Shown here piece after piece: positions 6,638-14,005 of a stretch of DNA of 20,000 nt. The notes under the pieces are model-generated. The model searched no databases. It had not been told where the DNA came from and saw only the letters and a program-made list of their open reading frames with translations. Each line of letters starts with the position of its first letter. Within the stretch, counting starts at the first letter, position 1. The stretch lies in IMG/VR virus record IMGVR_UViG_3300043543_000740. One strand, 5' to 3'. This DNA is from an uncultured virus (IMG/VR IMGVR_UViG_3300043543_000740) (taxonomy: Duplodnaviria; Heunggongvirae; Uroviricota; Caudoviricetes). The translations under genes and the position numbers were made by a program.

Positions 6638-8479
6638 TCAGTTCTCCCCTTTGGCCTTGTACGCGGCCCGGTGGTCGGCCAGCGCGGCCCCGTAGTCGAA
6701 GTAGACCCGCCAGGACACGGCCAGCTTATTCGGCTCCGCATCCATGCCGAAGAACTCGACGTTCGGCGACTGAACACCTTGCAGGAAGGCGACGATCAGC
6801 GGGGTGTCGGCCGGCCCGGCGAACAGGTACCACGCCTTCGCCGAGGTGCCGCTGAACCGCCCCGCGTTCGACAGTCGCGGCTCCACTTCCAGCGTCACGG
6901 CGTTCTTGAGGGCGTTGCCGGTGGGCACGTCGTTGTTGGCCCGCTGCAGAAAGTCGCTCATGAGCAACTCCTTGGCGGTCTGCTGCAACTCCGGCGGCAC
7001 CAGCAGCACGCGCGGCCGGATGTCCAGATCGCGGCCCTCGCCGTCGCGCTGGCTCATCATCTTGGCGATGCCCGCCCCCAGCGACGCGCTGGACAACGCC
7101 GTGGCCGTCCCGGTGTCGTAGTTGGCGTGGCCGCCGCTGAAGAAGTTCCCGGCGTTGGCCAGCAGCACCTGGTACACGAGGTCGCTCAAGGACCGCATCG
7201 CCGCCCGGCCGAGGTTCCGGGCCGTCTCGTCGAACAACGATAAATCGTCGTTCACAACATCCCTGCGGTCGATGCTGAGCATCTTGGCGAAGGTGTCGAT
7301 GCGGAACGGGTAGGTCATCTCCTTGATGGAGCCGTGCTTGATCTCGCCGCCGGGGGCCAGCTGGGTGAGGTCCCCCACGTCACTACCCCGCACCCCGGTG
7401 TGCGGCTTGAAGTCCGTCGCCGACTTGATGCCCGCGAACGACCGCCACGTCGCCGGCGTCTCGGTGTAGGCGTCCATCAGCAGCTTGTTGGCCGCGTCAC
7501 CCAACGCCACCGGCAGTGAGTAGGTGGACAGCGCGGCGCGGATCAGGGCGTCCCGGCTGCTGGGAATGTCCCGGCCGTCGAGTTGCAACGCCGCCCGGCA
7601 CAGGTCGATCAGGTTCGTGGCCCGGAGGTCGCGGGCCTGCTGGGCTGCCGTGGCCCCGAGGTGCCGTTCGGCGAGGTGTTCGTAGCCCATGTGGCTCAGC
7701 ACCGCCGCCTCCAGCGTCTGTCGGGTCGTGGTGAACGTCCGGCTGTGGATCGTCGTCACCTGCGGCCGGCTGGCACGCAGGACTTCGAGCCGCGTGCGGC
7801 GGACATCCCAGCCTTCCACGATGGCGCGGGCCTCGATGTCGCCGAACTGCCCGCCGCACGCGGTGCGGATGGCGTGGACCCGCTCCGTCTCGGCCAGGGC
7901 CGCCGCTCGGATGTCATCGGCCGTCTGCGTCTCGTTCATGGTGCTCTCCTTCCCTTGGGCCGCGATGGCGACCGACGTGTTCGCATCGGCCCCGATGGCG
8001 ACGATGCTCACCTCCCGCAGCACGCCGGCCTTGACCAGCGTGAACCCACTCCGTCCGGCGGTGATCGCCCGGCCGTTCACCTGCACGGATTCGCCGCCAC
8101 GAACCCGCTCGTAATCGGTAGGCATCACGCCGACCGATGCTTGGAACTTGAACCCGCCCCGAGCGAGTTCAACCACCTGCCGGGCCGCCTCGGTCACGCC
8201 GGTAAGCGTGCCGTGGACGAGCAGCTTGCCGTCGATCACCTGCGCGCGGCCGTGCCCGACGATGCCGTCGAGTGTGGCGTCGTGGTCCGCCAAGAGGCTG
8301 ATCTGCTCGGCTCCGGCATCAAGCCCCGCGAGGTCGATGGCAACCGGCCCCCAGCCCGGCACCGTCATCAGCCCGCCCGTGTACGCCACGATGGAAACGC
8401 TCGGCGGTTTGCCGGACGCGGCTTGAATCTCGACCTCGGCGGATGACAGCAGGATTTCTTGAGACGCAGTGGAACGCAT
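6638..8479 (-). CDS. Prohead protease-major capsid protein fusion (HK97 fold, Mu gpT-like), 613 aa
   Basis: N-terminal protease motifs LLADHD..IVG, FQASVG, LREVSIVAIGAD; capsid motifs ANKLLMDAY....TW, DFK, GGEIKHG, TFAKMLSIDRRDVVNDDL, PRVLLVPPEL, AWYL, V.FDYGA..DHR. Confidence 0.88.
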   Translation of the reverse strand: MRSTASQEILLSSAEVEIQAASGKPPSVSIVAYTGGLMTVPGWGPVAIDLAGLDAGAEQISLLADHDATLDGIVGHGRAQVIDGKLLVHGTLTGVTEAARQVVELARGGFKFQASVGVMPTDYERVRGGESVQVNGRAITAGRSGFTLVKAGVLREVSIVAIGADANTSVAIAAQGKESTMNETQTADDIRAAALAETERVHAIRTACGGQFGDIEARAIVEGWDVRRTRLEVLRASRPQVTTIHSRTFTTTRQTLEAAVLSHMGYEHLAERHLGATAAQQARDLRATNLIDLCRAALQLDGRDIPSSRDALIRAALSTYSLPVALGDAANKLLMDAYTETPATWRSFAGIKSATDFKPHTGVRGSDVGDLTQLAPGGEIKHGSIKEMTYPFRIDTFAKMLSIDRRDVVNDDLSLFDETARNLGRAAMRSLSDLVYQVLLANAGNFFSGGHANYDTGTATALSSASLGAGIAKMMSQRDGEGRDLDIRPRVLLVPPELQQTAKELLMSDFLQRANNDVPTGNALKNAVTLEVEPRLSNAGRFSGTSAKAWYLFAGPADTPLIVAFLQGVQSPNVEFFGMDAEPNKLAVSWRVYFDYGAALADHRAAYKAKGEN

Positions 8480-8673
8480 GAGGTGACCGACCTCCCCGGA
8501 ACGACGGAACGGAAGCAACCGGTCGGGCACGGTGCCCGCCGGTCGAGGGGTGGTTGGATGGGTGGGTCGTTGGGTTGGGTCGGTCGGTCGATGGGTTCGT
8601 TCGGGTCGTCAGGGTGGGAAGGTTTGCTCCCGGTCCTTGGCCGTCATGGCGCGACCGTTCCCCGACTGGAAGA

Positions 8674-8702
8674 ATTGTAGCGGATGTACACCTTGACGAC
8701 AA
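8674..8702 (-). promoter_or_regulatory. Sigma70-like promoter for the capsid-helicase operon
   Basis: Minus strand TTGTCG-N17-TACAAT in the AT-richer divergent intergenic region. Confidence 0.6.
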
Positions 8703-8770
8703 GCCCGGGAGATGATTTTCTTTCGTATAACAATGTTCTCATCGAGAAAGGCATCCCGAGAGTACTTGCC

Positions 8771-11700
8771 ATGCGTCGTTCCCTATCGTCCTGGGCCAAG
8801 AGCATCTTCCCGACCGCCCCGACTCGGCCGATCCGTAAGCCTCGTTCCTTGACCCTGGAACAGTTGGAAACGCGCGACTGCCCGACCGTCCTGCCGCCGG
8901 GCGGCCCCGAACCGCAGCCGCCCGGCCCCGGCTTCCCGCCGGTAGCCAACCCGGACCACTTCGCCTTCGCTCCCGACGCGCCGATCCGCATCAGCGTCGC
9001 CGACCTGCTGGCCAACGACACGGCCGCGCCCGGCGTGCCGCTGACGGTCGAACTGCTCGATAGCCCCGCCGGCGGGCAACTCGACCTGATCGACGTGGGC
9101 CTGTGGGAGTACACGCCCGGCACCGGTTTCAGCGGCAGCGACGCTTTCAGCTACCGCCTCTTCGACGGCACCGATTACAGCCTGCCCGCCCTCGTGACCT
9201 TCGAGCAGCAGCCCACCCCGCCAAGCACACCAGCCACACCCACCGTCACCGACGTGACCGAGGCGTGGCTGACCGGCTTCGAGGATGAGGCCCTCGGCAG
9301 TGTCACCGTCGCGGTGTTCGAGACGGCCGAGGCGGACGTGCTCGACTGGACCGCCAGCATCGACTGGGGCGACGGCACCACAACCACCGGGCAGATCGTG
9401 GCCGACGGCGACGGCCGGTTTCGCGTCGTGGGCGAACACACCTACGACGCGTGGGGCCTGTACCTCGTGCAGGTCACGCTGACCGACACGGTCGAGGAGA
9501 CGCACGACCTCTACAACCTGGCGAGCATCCAGTTCCGCAACTACACTTACACGTTTACCGACCCGATCGGCAACAGCACGCAGTTCGTCTTCGCCGAGGG
9601 CTGGCAACTCACGCAGGAGATCGACCCGCTCGGGAATTCGACCTTCTACAGCTACACCACCGACGGCCTGCTCGCCAGCCGCACCGACCGGCTGGGCCGG
9701 GCCATCACCTTCGACTACGGCACCGACGGCGTGCTCCTGAGCCAGACGTGGCTGGCCGCCGACCTGACCACCGTGGTGGACACGCTGTCGTTCAGCTACA
9801 CCAGCGACGGCCTTTTGCTCAGTGCGAGCAACGGCGTCGGGGCGTACACATTCAGTTGGGCCGACGGGGTGCTGACCGGCGTGACCAACCCGTTCGGGGT
9901 GACGCTGACGTTCGGCTACGACACCGACGGCCGACGGACCTCGGTGGCCGACTCGTTCGGCGGGCTGATCACCTCGACCTACACCGACGGCCTGCTCAGC
10001 AGCCGGACGCTCGTGGCCGGGGCGTTGAACCTGCGGGTCGATCTGGGCTACGACGCCGACGGGGTGCCGACCCAGATCAGCCGGTTCGCCGGGCCGCTGC
10101 AGGAGTTGGTGTCGCAGACGGAGTACGCCTTCGCGCAGGGCTTGCTCGCCTCGATCACGCATCGCGGCGCGGGCGGGGTGATCCTCGACCAGTTCCTCTA
10201 CCAGTTCGACGAGGACGGCTTCCTCTCGCAGATCACCTCCGACTTCGTGGGCGAGACCGACTACGCCTACGACGCCGACGGGCAGTTGACCGGCGAATCG
10301 TCAATCTTGGTGTCCAGCACGTTCAGCTACGACGCCAACGGGAACCGGGTGGGCGGCGGGTACGTCGTCGGGCCGGGCAACCGCCTGCTGGCCGACGGCA
10401 CGTGGAGCTACAGCTACGACGCCGAGGGGAACCTCGTCGGCAAGACGCACCTCGTGACCGGCGATAGTTGGACCTACAGCTACGACCACCGCAACCAGAT
10501 GACCCTGGCCGAGAAGCGTGACGCGAGCGGGTCGGTGGTGCTCTACGCAGTCTACAAGTACGACGTGTTCGGCAACCGCATCGAGAAGGCGGTGGACTGG
10601 GACGGTGATGGACCAAACACGCCAGTCATGACGCGGTACGTGCTTGACGGCTGGAACAACATGAAGCCGACGCCGGTCGGCAACGAGCACTTCGACGTGT
10701 ACGCCGAGTTGGACGGCACGAATCAGTTGATCGCCCGGTATCTGCACGGCGACGAGTTCGACCAGACGTTCGCGCGGGTGTTGGTGGACGGCAGCACGCC
10801 CGAGGTCCACTGGCTGTTGGCCGACCACCTGAACTCGGTGCGTTTGGTGCTGGACGAGAGCGGCGCGGTACTCGACCAGATCGCCTATGATGCCTTCGGC
10901 AATATCGTGGCGCAGCTGAACCCGCTGCTCGTTAACCCGATCCTGTTCGCCTCGCGCGAGTTCGACGCCGAGACGGGCCTCTACTACAACCGCGCCCGCT
11001 ACCTCGACCCCACCACCGGCTGCTGGACCACGCAAGACCCGCTCGGCTTCGCCGCCGGCGACGCCAACCTCTATCGCTACCTGAACAACAGCCCGACCCT
11101 TGCCACCGACCCGAGTGGCTTGATCTGGTATCCGGGGAAGTATCTGTACCAGATGTACAGCGAATACCGACGGGGTCAGGAACTGGATCGCCAGATTAAC
11201 CAGCATCGTGCCACGCAAAACTTACCGCCACTCCCGCCGCCGCCTCACTGGGCACGAGTGGCTGTCACGGAGTTTGGTGATGGTCTGCGGATCGGGTTTC
11301 AAGCCAACGTGAATGCGGTAGCGACGGCCGGACGTTCGTTGGTCACCTTGGGTATCTGGGCCGAGCCGTGGGAAGTGTGGGCAGTGGATGACGTCGATCG
11401 GCCGTTCTACGAGGATGGGTTTTTGGCTGCACGCTTCGGCTGGGAGTTGCTGCCGACGGCGGGGATTGGCAAGCTGACGCAAGTGCCGGGTCAGATGGGT
11501 CGCTGGGGCCGGTACGCTCTGTACTGGGACGCTGGCCAGAATGTTGTCCAGGTCGGTCGGGGTGGTTATGATATCTACGAAAACGGCCTGACCTGGACGA
11601 ATGGCCTGCAAGTCGGCGGCCTGCTCGGACTGGGCGGCAACTACACCACTTGGCGGAGGCTGCCGAGTGTAGCTCCAGCAGGTAAGGGGGGAAGAGGGGA

Positions 11701-11980
11701 CATCATGCGGATGGCCCCGTCTGATGCCCCTCGGTCTGCCGCCGAGGCCGCCTTGCGACGGGAAGCAGAATTGCGACAGCGAATCCTGGCAGATCGTCTT
11801 GCTGAGTTAGGTCACGGTGAGGGTGGTGCTGTCGGAAAGGGAGCGACCCGCCTTCCTCCTGAAGCAGCGAATGATCCCACGGCCCGAGGTATGTGGGAAG
11901 AGTTGCAAAGGATTCGTCGCCAGATTGCTGACCTTCGCCGTAACCCGCCTTCTGGCCCCCGTGAAATGCTGGAACCTTGA
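8771..11980 (+). CDS. Rhs/YD-repeat polymorphic toxin with planctomycete export motif, Ig/cadherin-like domains, short Rhs cage and an unknown ~285-aa C-terminal domain (1069 aa)
   Basis: LTLEQLETRDCP; PVANPD..LLAND..YTP..F.G.D.F.Y; IDWGDG...HTY; YD repeats; Rhs core GLYYNRARYLDP..G.W...DPLG...NLYRY..NSP....DPSGL. Confidence 0.92.
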   Translation: MRRSLSSWAKSIFPTAPTRPIRKPRSLTLEQLETRDCPTVLPPGGPEPQPPGPGFPPVANPDHFAFAPDAPIRISVADLLANDTAAPGVPLTVELLDSPAGGQLDLIDVGLWEYTPGTGFSGSDAFSYRLFDGTDYSLPALVTFEQQPTPPSTPATPTVTDVTEAWLTGFEDEALGSVTVAVFETAEADVLDWTASIDWGDGTTTTGQIVADGDGRFRVVGEHTYDAWGLYLVQVTLTDTVEETHDLYNLASIQFRNYTYTFTDPIGNSTQFVFAEGWQLTQEIDPLGNSTFYSYTTDGLLASRTDRLGRAITFDYGTDGVLLSQTWLAADLTTVVDTLSFSYTSDGLLLSASNGVGAYTFSWADGVLTGVTNPFGVTLTFGYDTDGRRTSVADSFGGLITSTYTDGLLSSRTLVAGALNLRVDLGYDADGVPTQISRFAGPLQELVSQTEYAFAQGLLASITHRGAGGVILDQFLYQFDEDGFLSQITSDFVGETDYAYDADGQLTGESSILVSSTFSYDANGNRVGGGYVVGPGNRLLADGTWSYSYDAEGNLVGKTHLVTGDSWTYSYDHRNQMTLAEKRDASGSVVLYAVYKYDVFGNRIEKAVDWDGDGPNTPVMTRYVLDGWNNMKPTPVGNEHFDVYAELDGTNQLIARYLHGDEFDQTFARVLVDGSTPEVHWLLADHLNSVRLVLDESGAVLDQIAYDAFGNIVAQLNPLLVNPILFASREFDAETGLYYNRARYLDPTTGCWTTQDPLGFAAGDANLYRYLNNSPTLATDPSGLIWYPGKYLYQMYSEYRRGQELDRQINQHRATQNLPPLPPPPHWARVAVTEFGDGLRIGFQANVNAVATAGRSLVTLGIWAEPWEVWAVDDVDRPFYEDGFLAARFGWELLPTAGIGKLTQVPGQMGRWGRYALYWDAGQNVVQVGRGGYDIYENGLTWTNGLQVGGLLGLGGNYTTWRRLPSVAPAGKGGRGDIMRMAPSDAPRSAAEAALRREAELRQRILADRLAELGHGEGGAVGKGATRLPPEAANDPTARGMWEELQRIRRQIADLRRNPPSGPREMLEP

Positions 11981-11988
11981 GGAAGATC

Positions 11989-12321
11989 ATGATGGAAAGA
12001 AAGAACGGTCGAATCGTCGGCGGCTCTTTCGATGAGCTTGTGGCGATGCTATCTTCGTCCAATCACTTCGACCGGGCTGAGGCGGCCAGGCTGCTCGTCA
12101 ACATGCGGAAGGAGGCCATCAAGGCATTACCCGCACTTCTGGCTCTGCACAATGACCCCTGTGATCTGGTTCGCATTCAAGTACCCCGTGCGATTATTCA
12201 CATGGAAGCTCGCCCTGATGAGGCTGCTGAGGTTCTACGCTGCCTTTTGAATGACAAGAACAAGATCGTCAGGCTGTATGCTGAAGAAGCGCAGCAGTTT
12301 CTCACCCAGCGAACGTCATAG
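11989..12321 (+). CDS. HEAT-repeat protein, probable Rhs immunity protein (110 aa)
   Basis: Directly follows the toxin; RAEAARLL / ALPALLALHNDP.DLVR / LLND.NKIVR..A HEAT-like repeats; lower GC. Confidence 0.75.
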   Translation: MMERKNGRIVGGSFDELVAMLSSSNHFDRAEAARLLVNMRKEAIKALPALLALHNDPCDLVRIQVPRAIIHMEARPDEAAEVLRCLLNDKNKIVRLYAEEAQQFLTQRTS

Positions 12322-12427
12322 CTCTTTGTGTGCTGCTCGTCCCGAAGTACGCCGCCGCCTTTTCACCCCCCGGAGTCCCAATCAAGAACACAGGCCGGGG
12401 TAGCTACCAGCCTAGCCTGAAAAATGT

Positions 12428-13438
12428 TCACATCCACACGTTTCCCCGTTCCCACTCGAACCCGACCCGTTCCACACGGCTACCCCGTGAATCCTTGCGG
12501 GTGAGCACCGGGTGCTCCTTCACCCAGATGATCGCCTGCGAAAAGTACAACTCGCAGGCCTTCAGCACCGGCGGGTAGTTGGCGCAGTTGGCGTAGCCGC
12601 CCCAGATGTAGAAGCCGCGGCCGGGCTCCAGCACGCGGGCGAGGTTCCCGAACCACGCGGCCAAGAGCCGGTCGAACTCGGCGTCGGAGACGAAGTCGTT
12701 GGCGAGCGGCCGGTCCTTGGCGCGGAGCTTCTTCCCCGTCGGTTTGGCCTTCTCGGGGTGGCGCTCGACGTCGAGCTTCTGGTGGTGGGTGGTGCCGGCG
12801 AACGAGGAGAGGCCGGCGGCGATGGCGTTGTTGGAACGCGGCTCGACCTTCACGTTGTACGGCGGGTCGGTGTTCACCAGGTGGATGCCCGCGCCGCCGA
12901 GCAACCGGTCCACGTCCGCCGGCTTGCTGCTGTCGCCGCACAGGAGGCGGTGGTCGCCCAGCACCCACAGGTCGCCCGGTTTGGTCGTCGCCTCGTCCGG
13001 CGGTTCGGGCACCTCGTCCGGGTCGGTCAACCCGTCCTTCAGGGTCGGGTCGAGCAGCTTCGCCAGCTCGTCCGCGTCGAAGCCGAGGAGCGCGAGGTCG
13101 TAGTTGGCCTCCTTCAGCCCGGCCAGTTCGATCGGGAGCAGGTCGTAGTCCCACGTCGCCAGCGACGCCGTCTGGTTGTCGGCGATCCGGTAGGCGCGGA
13201 TCTGCTCGGGGGTCAGGTCCGTGGCGACGTGGACCGGCACCTTCTCCAGGCCCAGCTTCAGTGCCGCCTTGTAGCGCGTGTGGCCGACGACGATGACGCC
13301 CTCGGCATCGACGACGATCGGCTGGCGGAACCCGAACTCGCGGAGCGACGCCGCGACCGCATCGACCGCGTCGGCGTTATCCCGCGGGTTGCCGGGGTAC
13401 GGCTTCACGTCGGTGATCTTCCAGAGTTCGATCTTCAC
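12428..13438 (-). CDS. N-terminal part of the ParB-N + DNA (N4-C/N6-A, beta class) methyltransferase, truncated by the element and ending in a 20-aa element-derived tail
   Basis: PYPGNPR..N, FGFRQPIVVD, GHTR..AA, YRIADN (ParB-like); W.LG.HRLLCGDS; TDPPYNV (motif IV); IIWVKE...TRKD; GTG start at 13438 with GGAGG RBS. Confidence 0.93.
   Translation of the reverse strand: MKIELWKITDVKPYPGNPRDNADAVDAVAASLREFGFRQPIVVDAEGVIVVGHTRYKAALKLGLEKVPVHVATDLTPEQIRAYRIADNQTASLATWDYDLLPIELAGLKEANYDLALLGFDADELAKLLDPTLKDGLTDPDEVPEPPDEATTKPGDLWVLGDHRLLCGDSSKPADVDRLLGGAGIHLVNTDPPYNVKVEPRSNNAIAAGLSSFAGTTHHQKLDVERHPEKAKPTGKKLRAKDRPLANDFVSDAEFDRLLAAWFGNLARVLEPGRGFYIWGGYANCANYPPVLKACELYFSQAIIWVKEHPVLTRKDSRGSRVERVGFEWERGNVWM
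12471..12493. other. att junction at the Rhs end (attP arm 12471-12485; crossover TC/GA 12492-12493)
   Basis: TCCACACGGCTACCC-CGTGAA-TC-CTTGCGGGTGAG; methyltransferase homology stops exactly here. Confidence 0.92.
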
Positions 13439-13658
13439 AGGTCGTCCCTCCAGGTTTCGCCGTGGTACAGCTCGATGGCGGTCAGCTCGTGGGCAGGTCG
13501 CCTCTCGACTCCGAACGGCTCGGTCGGCACGGGGCGGGCGCGGCGCGTCCCGGCCTCGCTGAGCTAGGCCGGGCGGCCGACGCATCGAAGGCAATAGGGG
13601 CCGTGCGGCGTGTCCCGACCGCACCCCTCACATCAGCGCATGGAGCACCTCTCCGAAG

Positions 13659-13746
13659 TCCGGACAGCGAAAACAAACTGTGTCCTGTAGCGCGGCTGTT
13701 CCCCCTGGCGTCGCGGGCGAAACATGCGGCCGGGAGTACCTATTGG
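13659..13746 (-). promoter_or_regulatory. Putative cos/pac-like packaging signal of the outer prophage-like element
   Basis: Minus strand CCAAT-AGGTACT-CCCGGCCG-N24-GGAACA-N14-CACAGTTT...GTCCGGA. AGGTACT resembles lambda cosQ (GGGTCCT). It lies between the replication module and the ParB-MTase gene. Confidence 0.55.
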
Positions 13747-13865
13747 ACCGATCGACCTTCGGGGCGTAGCGGCATCGGCCACGCCGATGTTCGGATCTCA
13801 CCACGAACCAGAAACGATGGATCGGCACCTCCAACACGATGAAGAACAAGAAGAGAATCCGAGGG

Positions 13866-14005
13866 GGAGGTAGTTCGTAGTTTTTGGTAGCCACCCTTTC
13901 TCTCCTCCAGCGCCGATCGCGCACACACGAGGTGGGTGCGAAAAACGACGAACTACCTCCTTCACGCGGAGACAAGGCGGGTACGAAAAACTACGAACTA
14001 CCTCC
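13866..14005. repeat. Three 20-bp iteron-like repeats (two direct, one inverted), putative origin of the outer element
   Basis: AAAAAC(T/G)ACGAACTACCTCC at 13941-13960 and 13986-14005; exact reverse complement of the latter at 13866-13885; at the 3' end of the primase gene. Confidence 0.8.

Larger units (their letters stand above)
1876..12493 (-). mobile_element. 10.6-kb integrated satellite-like element inserted in the methyltransferase gene
   Basis: Removing it restores the ORF ...CTC ACC CGC AAG GA|C TTC ATG GGC (LTRKDFMG). Both ends share TCC (1876-1878, 12492-12494) and carry inverted 15-bp arms; an integrase sits at one end. Confidence 0.93.

Noticed and set aside
6638..8479. Encapsulin nanocompartment or complete cf-PICI head module
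   Set aside because: The fused prohead protease and mobile-element context indicate a phage-type capsid; no portal, terminase or head-completion genes are present
8693..8731. Plus-strand sigma70 promoter for the Rhs gene (TTGACG...TATAAC)
   Set aside because: The two boxes are about 27 nt apart, incompatible with a canonical promoter
12397..12448. Further degenerate att-arm copies (GGGGTAGC 12397-12404; TCCACACGTTTCCCCG 12433-12448)
   Set aside because: Only 8-nt exact matches; suggestive, but too short to call separately
12428..13624. Methyltransferase as a decayed pseudogene, and its 62-aa N-terminal extension
   Set aside because: Both halves are intact and rejoinable; the GTG at 13438 has a GGAGG RBS and begins the ParB-like domain
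13440..13990. Short ORFs between primase and methyltransferase
   Set aside because: No recognisable motifs or RBS support; the region is better explained by iterons and the cos-like signal
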